Origin: an uncultured Pelagibacteraceae bacterium
GTDB taxonomy: Bacteria > Pseudomonadota > Alphaproteobacteria > Pelagibacterales > Pelagibacteraceae
Length of the DNA: 64,000 bases
Assembly (NCBI GenBank): GCA_902529715.1
Contig: CABZXL010000001.1
Span: forward strand, 1,162-65,161
Direction of reading: 5' to 3'
Part shown: in pieces, positions 8,929 through 16,660 of the stretch
Layout: each line of letters begins with the position of its first letter
Position numbering within the stretch: the first letter of the stretch is position 1
Position numbers and translations under genes: made by a program
Notes under the pieces: generated by a model
What the model saw: only the letters and a program-made list of their open reading frames with translations
The model's database searches: none
Told to the model about the DNA's origin: nothing

Positions 8929-9981
8929 TTAAGATACTTTTCTTTTATCCACTTGTCCGTAACTACTAATTGGCGTTGGTGATTCTGGATCGGGATTGTC
9001 ATCACCGTCTGGATCTTTAATATTCTCAAGAGTTCTAGTAATTGATCTTGCATCTTTTCCAAAACCATCAACAACCGCCATTGCCTCTTCTAGTTTTTTT
9101 CTCAAGACTAAAATATTGTCAAAATGTCTTGAAAATCTTGTTGTGATAGTTTTTAAATCATCATAGATCTGGGTGGCATTTTTTTTTATTTTGAGACTTT
9201 GAAATCCTAAATGAAATGATTGTATTAATGCACTCATTGTGTTTGGGCCCGCTATTGTTATTTTGTATTTTTTTCTTAGTTCTTCCATCAATAATTCCTT
9301 AGTTTTAGGATCTCTATAACTTGCTAGTTCAGCATACAAACCTTCTGTAGGAACATAAATTATGGCAAAATCAGTACTCATTGGAGGATTAATGTATTTT
9401 TGATTAACTGATTTTGATTTTGTCCTAAATGCTGAAGCCAAATCATGTCTAGCTGAAGCTAGGGCATCTTTGTCTTTGTTTTGAAAAGCCTCATCAACTG
9501 CCTTATATTTTTCAATTGGCCAATGACTATCTATTGGCAAATAATTATCTTGAAGCTTAATGGCAAACTCAACCAGATCTCTGGTTTCTTCAGGTTTCAT
9601 TTTAGCATTTGCAATATATTGCGAGGATGGCAATAAATCTTGTAAAAGATTTGCTAAACTAAACTCGCTTAAGCCACCGTATTGTTTAACTCCAGCTAAT
9701 ATCCTACTAAAATTATTTTGACTAGTTTGAATGTCTTCTACTTGTTTGTTAAATGAAGCAACCTTTTCATCTACTCTCGTTAATGCACCAGTCATATCTT
9801 TTGCAACTTCTTTGCTCATGCTGCTAAAAGATTCACTTAATGAGCTTTTTAATGCATTCATATCGTCCTTTAACTTGCCTACTTCGCTATCTTCAGTTTT
9901 AGGATCTTTTTTAAGTTTAAAATAAAAGGCTAAATTAACTAATAAAACAGCCACAACTAAAACAATTATTAATGTATCCAT
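8929..9981 (-). CDS. rmuC: DNA recombination protein RmuC family
   Basis: N-terminal TM helix, coiled coil, GGLSEFSLANLLQDLLP, LPIDSHWP, KYINPPMSTDFAIIYVPTEGLYAE, AGPNT. Confidence 0.88.
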   Translation of the reverse strand: MDTLIIVLVVAVLLVNLAFYFKLKKDPKTEDSEVGKLKDDMNALKSSLSESFSSMSKEVAKDMTGALTRVDEKVASFNKQVEDIQTSQNNFSRILAGVKQYGGLSEFSLANLLQDLLPSSQYIANAKMKPEETRDLVEFAIKLQDNYLPIDSHWPIEKYKAVDEAFQNKDKDALASARHDLASAFRTKSKSVNQKYINPPMSTDFAIIYVPTEGLYAELASYRDPKTKELLMEELRKKYKITIAGPNTMSALIQSFHLGFQSLKIKKNATQIYDDLKTITTRFSRHFDNILVLRKKLEEAMAVVDGFGKDARSITRTLENIKDPDGDDNPDPESPTPISSYGQVDKRKVS

Positions 9982-10013
9982 GATTCTCTACGTTATACTC
10001 CTATATTTATATT

Positions 10014-10220
10014 TCAATTTATATTTTCTTTACCGTAATAAATTATACCGGTGCCACCACAACCTGCACACATAGTCTCTGGGTAGGTTTCGGTGATGAT
10101 ACCCATGCCGCTACATTCACAACATTCTCCAACTATTTCATTGTTATATATTTTCCCTTCATCAATAATGCGTCTTCTCATAAAATATTCAGAAAAAATA
10201 ATAATATTATTTTTTTTCAT
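10014..10220 (-). CDS. Small protein with DnaJ-type zinc finger
   Basis: Two CxxCxGxG motifs (CCECSGMG, CAGCGGTG). Confidence 0.7.
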   Translation of the reverse strand: MKKNNIIIFSEYFMRRRIIDEGKIYNNEIVGECCECSGMGIITETYPETMCAGCGGTGIIYYGKENIN

Positions 10221-10602
10221 TTTTTTTTAACCAGTTATTATCTTCTGCATACTTCCAAACATTATTAATACCGCTCTTTTTTTTAAGTCTTTCAAGGTCT
10301 TCTAGAAAACTATCAGGTGTACCAGCTATAAATAATCTGAACATTTCTGCTCTTAAATCTACATATTTATAATAGTAATATTTAGCATGAGCTTCTTCTC
10401 TTTTATTAAAATTATCTCTTAGATCCTTCACAAAAAAATCTATTGTTTCTTTATCAATTTTATGATTTTCAAAATTCCAGAGTGCGCTTTGAATATTTGC
10501 ATGAGTCCAATCTAGGACATATGAATATTTTTCAATATTTACTACAATTTCCTCTAAGTTTTTAAACTTATTATCAGGATCTCTAAATATACCGTAAACC
10601 AT
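10207..10602 (-). CDS. Hypothetical protein (131 aa)
   Basis: Start overlaps upstream stop (TAATG); operon-like packing. Confidence 0.7.
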   Translation of the reverse strand: MVYGIFRDPDNKFKNLEEIVVNIEKYSYVLDWTHANIQSALWNFENHKIDKETIDFFVKDLRDNFNKREEAHAKYYYYKYVDLRAEMFRLFIAGTPDSFLEDLERLKKKSGINNVWKYAEDNNWLKKNEKK

Positions 10603-10781
10603 TAATGTAACTTCCTTCTAGGAACATTTGTTAAAAATTGCTGTAAGTCCCCATCTGGTGTCCATAAACAGTGTTTATATACATCTGCTGTAAATTCATA
10701 AACTCCTTGAACTTCATAATCTCGATCATCATATTGCTTCTCTATAGTCACTCTAACCAAGTTTAAATTATCTTTTTTCAT
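10602..10781 (-). CDS. Small hypothetical protein (59 aa, not in ORF track)
   Basis: MKKDNLNLVRVTIEKQYDDRDYEVQGVYEFTADVYKHCLWTPDGDLQQFLTNVPRRKLH*; fills the gap exactly, with a TAATG overlap to the next gene. Confidence 0.7.
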   Translation of the reverse strand: MKKDNLNLVRVTIEKQYDDRDYEVQGVYEFTADVYKHCLWTPDGDLQQFLTNVPRRKLH

Positions 10782-10950
10782 TTGATTGTTTTATATAAGG
10801 AAGAGTATCTGTTAAAACTATTGAAATGATCTCTTTGCTTTCTAAGCCTTCTGGCTCATAACTAAGAACAACCGAATACCTCGCTCCAGCATCAGGAACT
10901 GTTTGTTCTTGAATCTCTATTTCACATTTGGCAGCTTTAATTACACTCAT
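10768..10950 (-). CDS. Small hypothetical protein (60 aa)
   Basis: ORF track; overlaps the next ORF in a co-oriented string. Confidence 0.6.
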   Translation of the reverse strand: MSVIKAAKCEIEIQEQTVPDAGARYSVVLSYEPEGLESKEIISIVLTDTLPYIKQSNEKR

Positions 10951-10959
10951 TTTAAAATA

Positions 10960-11118
10960 CTATTTTTTTTGTTTTTTCTTTTTAGTTTTAATGCTGTATT
11001 TCATAGCATCATCAAAACCACGCATATAATTTTGTGCAAGCAACTCAGGGTTTGATAGACCACGTTTTTTGTATAAAGCTATTGTGGATCTTAGCGTTGG
11101 TTTTAAAATTTTTGTCAT
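10960..11118 (-). CDS. Small basic hypothetical protein (52 aa, not in ORF track)
   Basis: MTKILKPTLRSTIALYKKRGLSNPELLAQNYMRGFDDAMKYSIKTKKKKQKK*; purine-rich AAGAGAAAAT before ATG. Confidence 0.6.
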   Translation of the reverse strand: MTKILKPTLRSTIALYKKRGLSNPELLAQNYMRGFDDAMKYSIKTKKKKQKK

Positions 11119-11147
11119 ATTTTCTCTTATTTTATTTAAATTTATTA

Positions 11148-11279
11148 AAGTTGAAGCTAGCCTTAGTTAGAAAGGAGATTCAGATGACAACAAGACAGGA
11201 GGTAAGAAGAAAGAAGTGTCTTTGAGTATATCGCTATATCTCACATCTGAATTGAAGAACTTAAAACTAACTCCAACTT
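11148..11279 (-). ncRNA. Candidate structured RNA / 5' leader (three-way junction)
   Basis: Nested complementarity: 11271-11279/11148-11156 basal stem (extendable with G-U on the minus strand), 11244-11252/11178-11186, 11235-11243/11223-11230, 11217-11222/11192-11197. Confidence 0.55.
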
Positions 11280-11284
11280 ATACT

Positions 11285-11327
11285 TATATACCCCGGACGA
11301 TTTTTTAAATAATATCCGGGGTATATA
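11285..11327. promoter_or_regulatory. Perfect 13-bp inverted repeat at the divergence point of the island
   Basis: TATATACCCCGGA (11285-11297), 17-nt spacer, TCCGGGGTATATA (11315-11327). Confidence 0.75.
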
Positions 11328-11332
11328 TTGGT

Positions 11333-11899
11333 ATGAACAATATAATTTATCCACAAATAGGAAATGCTGCTCAACACGGTATCTTCTTGGCTTTAGCTAA
11401 GGAGAAAAGTTTGAAAGATGCTATAACTGAGTCTCAGCTAATGCTAAAATATAGTACAAGAAAACTTAAAGGTAAAAATTACTATGATTGCTCGCAGCAA
11501 CTTGAATCAATCATAAGAAGAGGCTATTTTGAGTTTAGCAGACTTGGCACAATCACAAGTTATCAAAAATCGAAAAAGATCAATGATATAAAACTTAAAT
11601 TTGTTAATAAAAACAAATGGGCAGTAATAAAAAAAAATAGTAAACGTCATATAAGATTTGATTTCGAGTTCATGCCTGCATCAAAAAAATTAAAAAACAT
11701 TCTTCTTGAACTAAAAGTTGTTTGGAAAACTCCGAAGAAAGTATCTAATAGAATTCAAAAACAATTAATCACATATTCTAAAAATTCTAGTAAAAGATGT
11801 ATTGTTTGTTTCCTAGTAGTTAAGAGATTTGGAAAAAAAGCCAGTTTTATTAATACATTCCCATACTGGTTTGAAATAAACACAAGAAAAACTTCTTAA
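11333..11899 (+). CDS. Putative PD-(D/E)XK nuclease (GxxExxY-like core)
   Basis: RFDFEF...ILLELKVV...IQKQLITY matches D..ExK..QxxxY; basic protein. Confidence 0.55.
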   Translation: MNNIIYPQIGNAAQHGIFLALAKEKSLKDAITESQLMLKYSTRKLKGKNYYDCSQQLESIIRRGYFEFSRLGTITSYQKSKKINDIKLKFVNKNKWAVIKKNSKRHIRFDFEFMPASKKLKNILLELKVVWKTPKKVSNRIQKQLITYSKNSSKRCIVCFLVVKRFGKKASFINTFPYWFEINTRKTS

Positions 11900-11926
11900 A
11901 AAACCCCTATTTTACTTGATTTTTTT

Positions 11927-11940
11927 GTCCGGGGTATATA
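11927..11940 (+). promoter_or_regulatory. Third copy of (G)TCCGGGGTATATA motif
   Basis: GTCCGGGGTATATA is identical to the reverse copy at 11285-11298; TTGATT upstream at 11916-11921. Confidence 0.7.
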
Positions 11941-11954
11941 TATATAAGTTATAA

Positions 11955-12049
11955 GTAAACCGCAGTGAGGTTTGCGCAACAGGAGCCCTCTGGTTCCTAA
12001 AAGATGCGAATTGCACATGCCAAATTTCCTCGGTTTTAAAGCCAAAACC
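11955..12049 (+). promoter_or_regulatory. Structured 5' leader of the sigma-like gene
   Basis: Hairpins GTAAACC/GGTTTGC (11955-11975), AGGAGCC/GGTTCCT (11981-11998), GGTTTT/AAAACC (12032-12049); then AAGGAGG RBS. Confidence 0.45.
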
Positions 12050-12063
12050 AAAAAGGAGGAAAT

Positions 12064-12831
12064 ATGGCTAGAGTAACGTGCAATGTTGCATCTGAGTTTA
12101 TTAATCTTAAACCAGCAACAGTTAATGAGTACAAAACTTTGATTGGAGAGTTATATGCTGATCAAAGAAGTAAATGGCTTAACATCTTGATGAAAAAAGG
12201 TGTTAGCAAACTAGATGCTGAGGACATTTTTTCATCAGCTATCACCTATCTGTTAGAACCAAAAACTTACGACAATTATCATAAACAAAGTAAGTCTGGA
12301 AAAGCTATCTACAGATATAACCCTAAGGCAACAGGTCTTGGTAAACTACCTTGTATAATAAAGTATTTTTCAAAGGTTATAAAAACAAAAGTTTATCACT
12401 TCTTCAGAGGCTGCAAGAGAATGGCAAATGCTGTTTCTTCTTACATTGAAGCGCTTAGATCAGGAATTGATATGAGCATTTATGTAAAAGCTGATGAAGA
12501 AACTGTCAAAGCTTACAATCAAGACGTAAGAACTGGAAAATATAAAGGTGGAGATACTGGCAAAGTATGCTCTGATGGTTCTTTGTCTGACTGGATATCT
12601 GAAAAATCTAAACAAATTAATGAAGCGTGTTCTGCATTACCAAAGAACAGAGTAAATAATTTCGTTTTGGATATGTCTCAGCAAGAAAAACTTAATCCAG
12701 AAAACATAGTTATAGCAGCAGAGGAGAAATCCTCTGCTCCTAATTATGAATTGTTTGGAAAAAGTACAGACATGATTTGTTTAAAATTTCCAAAAATTAA
12801 AATTAACAAAAGCTACTCAGTAGCTGCATAA
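12064..12831 (+). CDS. Sigma-70 region-2-like protein, no evident region 4
   Basis: ELYADQRSKWLNILMKKGVSKLDAEDIFSSAITYL...YNP...KYFSKVIKTKVYHFFR resembles ECF sigma region 2 (DAED motif); strong RBS. Confidence 0.55.
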   Translation: MARVTCNVASEFINLKPATVNEYKTLIGELYADQRSKWLNILMKKGVSKLDAEDIFSSAITYLLEPKTYDNYHKQSKSGKAIYRYNPKATGLGKLPCIIKYFSKVIKTKVYHFFRGCKRMANAVSSYIEALRSGIDMSIYVKADEETVKAYNQDVRTGKYKGGDTGKVCSDGSLSDWISEKSKQINEACSALPKNRVNNFVLDMSQQEKLNPENIVIAAEEKSSAPNYELFGKSTDMICLKFPKIKINKSYSVAA

Positions 12832-12848
12832 TATAAAAGGAGAAAAAA

Positions 12849-14675
12849 ATGCACCCAGAACTAAAAGCACAAAGAGTTGTTGCAGAACAAAATAAACACG
12901 ACAGATCTTTTATTGATCCAGTTAATTTTTATGAGAGTGAACGAAACTCTGGTTATAAAAATACAGGTAATGCTTTATATGAAATAATTGATAATGCCTA
13001 TGAAGCAAATGCTAGTAAAATTTTCATAACTGCAAAAAATATACCTGGAACTAATAAACCAGAAGCTATTGCAGTAATCGATAATGGTACAGGTATGCCA
13101 AAAGATTTTCTAGTTACTGCATGTAAAATTGGTGGTACACACAGACCTTCATCAAACACTCCATTAAAAAGAAAAGGTTATGGAAGATTTGGCCATGGAT
13201 TGCCTAAATCATCAATCAGTCAAACAAAATCATTTTCAGTTTATACAAAAAATGAGGAAGATAATAAATGGAGAGTTTTAACGGTTGATATAGATGAGCT
13301 TATTGCAAAAAGAACCCATGAACTTCCTGAAGAAAAAGAAACAGATAAGTTACCTGATTACATCCAACAATGTTTAGATGAAAATTTTTCTGAATATAAA
13401 ACTGGAACAATAGTTTCATGGAATAAATGTGATAGGATGACATGGAAAACAGATGAAGCTCTTGCTAATAATCTTGGTTGGAGAGTTTCAATGTCTTACT
13501 GGAGAAATATAAAATCTGGTTTGAAAATTAATGTTTTAGGAAATATGTTAAAACCAATAGATCCATTGTTCATTGATGAAAGTTGTGAGCATGTCGAAAG
13601 TTGTGGCTCTAACACTTTGCAGGCTATTTCTTATCCTATTTGGAAATGGCCCTTTAAAGTCAGATCTGAAGGAAAAGAAGAAACTATAGAAGCAGAAGTT
13701 AGAATGTCTAGATTTCCTCCTAAATTTGGAAGTAAGGACATGAATGAAAAACCAGAAGGTAGAAATAAATCAATAAGACAAAAAATAATGTCTGAACACA
13801 ATGGTCTGCTTTTTTATAGACAAGGAAGATTTATTGATTGTATGAGACATATTCCTGCTGAAGCTAAAAAATCTAGAGGTTTTCAAACTTATGATACAAA
13901 CTATAAGATTGAAATTAATTTTCCTTCTTCTTTAGATGAAGCCTTTGGTATTGCTACAAATAAACAGTACGTAAACCTACCTTTTGCTACCTTAAATTCA
14001 GATGGCTGGGTAAGACTTATGACAGAATGCTCTACTCTTTATAAAGAAGTTGAGAAAGCCTTTATAGATGCAAAAGTTAATGCTTTAGAAACTGCTAATG
14101 CTGCAATTAAAGCTATTGATGATGCTGATAAGATTTTTGATAGACCAGGTGGAGATCCTATTAGTGAACAAAAGAAACAAAGGGTAGAAGAACTTGCATC
14201 TAAAAATCTAGAAAAAGTTATCGATCTTGAAGTTGAGAGAAGAAAAAAAGCTTTAAAAACTGATGACGTTGATAGAGAAAAAGTTAAAGCTGAGATTACT
14301 CCTCAGTACTCTTCTTCAAAAAGAACTTTTGAGTACGAAGAAAAAGATGAATATTCGCCTTTCTTTAGGATTGAACCAGTTGGCGGAGTAAGAAAATATT
14401 ATCTAAACAAAAACCATAACTTCTTTAAAAAGATTTGGATGAACCCTTTGTGTACTGATTTTATGAAAGAGTCTTTAAAATTAGTAATTTCAGCAATTGG
14501 TGAAACTTCTTTGGGTGCATCTGATGATGCTAGAAGATGGTATTTTGAAGAAATATCTCAATGGTCTAGGCACCTTCATGTAACAACAGATACATTTGTT
14601 GAAAAAAATGATCTTAAAGATGAAGAAGAAAACATTATCGAGAATGAAGACTTTGACGATAAGTTGCCTAATTAA
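12849..14675 (+). CDS. MORC-family GHKL ATPase (HATPase_c_3)
   Basis: RNSGY..ALYEIIDNAYEA, IDNGTGM, GRFGHGL, KTGTIV; S5-like HNGLLFYRQGRFID, LDEAFGIATNKQ; LNKNHNF near C-terminus. Confidence 0.88.
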   Translation: MHPELKAQRVVAEQNKHDRSFIDPVNFYESERNSGYKNTGNALYEIIDNAYEANASKIFITAKNIPGTNKPEAIAVIDNGTGMPKDFLVTACKIGGTHRPSSNTPLKRKGYGRFGHGLPKSSISQTKSFSVYTKNEEDNKWRVLTVDIDELIAKRTHELPEEKETDKLPDYIQQCLDENFSEYKTGTIVSWNKCDRMTWKTDEALANNLGWRVSMSYWRNIKSGLKINVLGNMLKPIDPLFIDESCEHVESCGSNTLQAISYPIWKWPFKVRSEGKEETIEAEVRMSRFPPKFGSKDMNEKPEGRNKSIRQKIMSEHNGLLFYRQGRFIDCMRHIPAEAKKSRGFQTYDTNYKIEINFPSSLDEAFGIATNKQYVNLPFATLNSDGWVRLMTECSTLYKEVEKAFIDAKVNALETANAAIKAIDDADKIFDRPGGDPISEQKKQRVEELASKNLEKVIDLEVERRKKALKTDDVDREKVKAEITPQYSSSKRTFEYEEKDEYSPFFRIEPVGGVRKYYLNKNHNFFKKIWMNPLCTDFMKESLKLVISAIGETSLGASDDARRWYFEEISQWSRHLHVTTDTFVEKNDLKDEEENIIENEDFDDKLPN

Positions 14676-14692
14676 ATAGTTGATTTATTTAA

Positions 14693-16660
14693 ATGTCTGA
14701 GATTGCACCAGATATCAAGTTAGAAGATTTAAACTTTATTAAGGATAAAGTTATTGAGAGCAAGGAAGACTCCTCTTTTGATTTGGTATCTGAGCTTAGG
14801 TTAAAAAGCCAACAACCAAGTACAACTACAGACTCTATAAAATTTAAAACTTTTTGTAGTCTATTAGCTGATCTTGCTGAGTTAAATTGGACGATAGAAA
14901 TTACAAGAAAAGGATTTGAAATTTCTCCACCAAAATACATTAAATCGGCAGAGGCCAAAATCAAAGCTAAAGAGTCTAATCAAAAGGCAGCTCAAACAGA
15001 TATTAGTAATCTACAAGATGCAAATTTTATAAACAGACTTAGAAACCCTTTTGGATCTAAGGCTAAATCGGTAGATGTTTTGGTAGATGATGGAAATGAA
15101 TTAAAAAATTTATTTGAAAAGATTAATAAAATCAAAAATGAAGAAAAAAAAATCGAAGAATTAAAAAAAATTATCAAACCTGAAATACAACATTGTTTTC
15201 TTGATGAAACTTGTTCTTTTACAGGAATAAGATTAATGGATATCTGGAGATATTTTAGGCTTACTTGGTCTATGCCCTACCAGACCTCCAATGCAAGAAC
15301 TATGCCTTTTTTAGTAAGAAATGGAGCAAGGCCCAATAAACCAGTTATAGGAATTTTCCAATTAGTTAATCCTTTTTTTAATAATACTGGGAGAAATAAT
15401 TTTTTAAAATGGGACAATTATTTATCAGCTGTTAAAGAAATAAAAGACAAAAATTTAACTGTTGATGAGCTTGGAAATGCTTTTTTAAAATCAGTTGAAA
15501 AGGCTTTAAGTGAAACTAGATATGACGACTTTGACTTAAAAGAAACTGATATAAAAAAGCCTAATGATCAAATTATATCTCATTTCAGTAAATTAACTGA
15601 AAAATATAGAACCCAAGAACATGAAGAAGAAAAAATAAATTATGTAAAAAAAATAAAAATTAAAACTAGAAAGGAAGTTGAAACATCTAAATCAAGATCA
15701 GAAGAAAAAATGTATCTTAAAAAGAGATCAAAAAGATTATCCAAACTACTTTTTGCAAGAAAAATATTTAATGAGTGTGGGCTTAAGAAAAATCCAAAAA
15801 GAGCAATAACAATTATGCTCCAAACTACAGATGGCAAAAGAGCTATGAATATTGCTTTGGAATATATGAGACAAGGCATCTATAGTACACAAGCTGCAGA
15901 TTTAAATGTATGTGGAGCTATAGCACCTTACAATGAAATCATTGGAGGAAAATTAATAACCCTACTTTCCACATCTAAAAATGTAATAGATAAATATAAT
16001 GAAAATTACAAAAAAGAAAAAAGCATAATTTCTTCTGCTGTTGCTGGTAGAGATTTAGTTAAACCTTCTAAGTTATTATTTTTAACAGTTTCAAGTTTAT
16101 ATGATATTTCTAGTAGTCAGTATAATAGACTTAAACTTTACAAAAAAGATTTTCCAAAACTAAAATCTGATTTAGTCTGGCATGAAGCAGGTTTTACTGA
16201 AGGGTTAGGTAGTTACCATATTAGTCAAAACACAAGTGACTTAATAAATGAATTAACAGCAAAGGTAAAAAAATTTAAAAAACAAAGTATTTCAGGTAAA
16301 GGACCAAGTCATAAAATAAGAAAGATTATAATAGGTCTGCGTATCCTAAATTTAAATCCAGAAAATATAATGTTCCATAGCCAAAGAAGACGAAATTATG
16401 TTTTCTTTCACAAGAAGCAAAAAGAAATGACAAAATATCTTTATGGAATAAAAAAAGTTGAAAATTTTAACCACTGTAGTTCAGAAAATGCAATTACAGA
16501 AGCTTGGATGAAAAGATGGTTGGTAAATAGAATTAATAGAAAAGAAACTTTAAATAAACTAAAAACACTAAATAGTAAAACTATATCCTGTATATTTGAT
16601 AAGATAATTGCTGAGTTTCCAGATAAAAATCTTAGTCTGTTTGCAAATTACAATTCTTAA
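14693..16660 (+). CDS. DUF4338 / Druantia DruA-like protein
   Basis: WRYFRLTWSMPY...RTMPFLVRNGARPNKPVIGI...RNNFLKW, DLNVCGAIAPYNEIIGGKL, SSQYNRL, GFTEGLGSYHIS. Confidence 0.8.
   Translation: MSEIAPDIKLEDLNFIKDKVIESKEDSSFDLVSELRLKSQQPSTTTDSIKFKTFCSLLADLAELNWTIEITRKGFEISPPKYIKSAEAKIKAKESNQKAAQTDISNLQDANFINRLRNPFGSKAKSVDVLVDDGNELKNLFEKINKIKNEEKKIEELKKIIKPEIQHCFLDETCSFTGIRLMDIWRYFRLTWSMPYQTSNARTMPFLVRNGARPNKPVIGIFQLVNPFFNNTGRNNFLKWDNYLSAVKEIKDKNLTVDELGNAFLKSVEKALSETRYDDFDLKETDIKKPNDQIISHFSKLTEKYRTQEHEEEKINYVKKIKIKTRKEVETSKSRSEEKMYLKKRSKRLSKLLFARKIFNECGLKKNPKRAITIMLQTTDGKRAMNIALEYMRQGIYSTQAADLNVCGAIAPYNEIIGGKLITLLSTSKNVIDKYNENYKKEKSIISSAVAGRDLVKPSKLLFLTVSSLYDISSSQYNRLKLYKKDFPKLKSDLVWHEAGFTEGLGSYHISQNTSDLINELTAKVKKFKKQSISGKGPSHKIRKIIIGLRILNLNPENIMFHSQRRRNYVFFHKKQKEMTKYLYGIKKVENFNHCSSENAITEAWMKRWLVNRINRKETLNKLKTLNSKTISCIFDKIIAEFPDKNLSLFANYNS

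Larger units (their letters stand above)
8186..16660. mobile_element. Accessory genomic island (no integrase or att repeat seen)
   Basis: Block of nucleases, phage-like small ORFs and defence-type genes between sbcB and hisG; divergent organisation, long non-coding control regions and strong AAAGGAG RBSs, unlike the flanks. Boundaries approximate. Confidence 0.7.

Noticed and set aside
8916-9074. N-terminal 53 aa of the track ORF 8370..9074
   Set aside because: It overlaps the rmuC 3' end in another frame; exonuclease-like sequence begins at ATG 8915.
11034-11225. 63-aa plus-strand track ORF
   Set aside because: It has a GTG start antisense to a better-supported 52-aa ORF and the structured RNA; only its last 13 codons have an RBS.
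11148-11279. Hammerhead ribozyme in the three-way junction
   Set aside because: No CUGANGA core on either strand.
8186-16660. Prophage, ICE or complete Druantia system
   Set aside because: No integrase, att repeats, virion or conjugation genes, and no DruE helicase.
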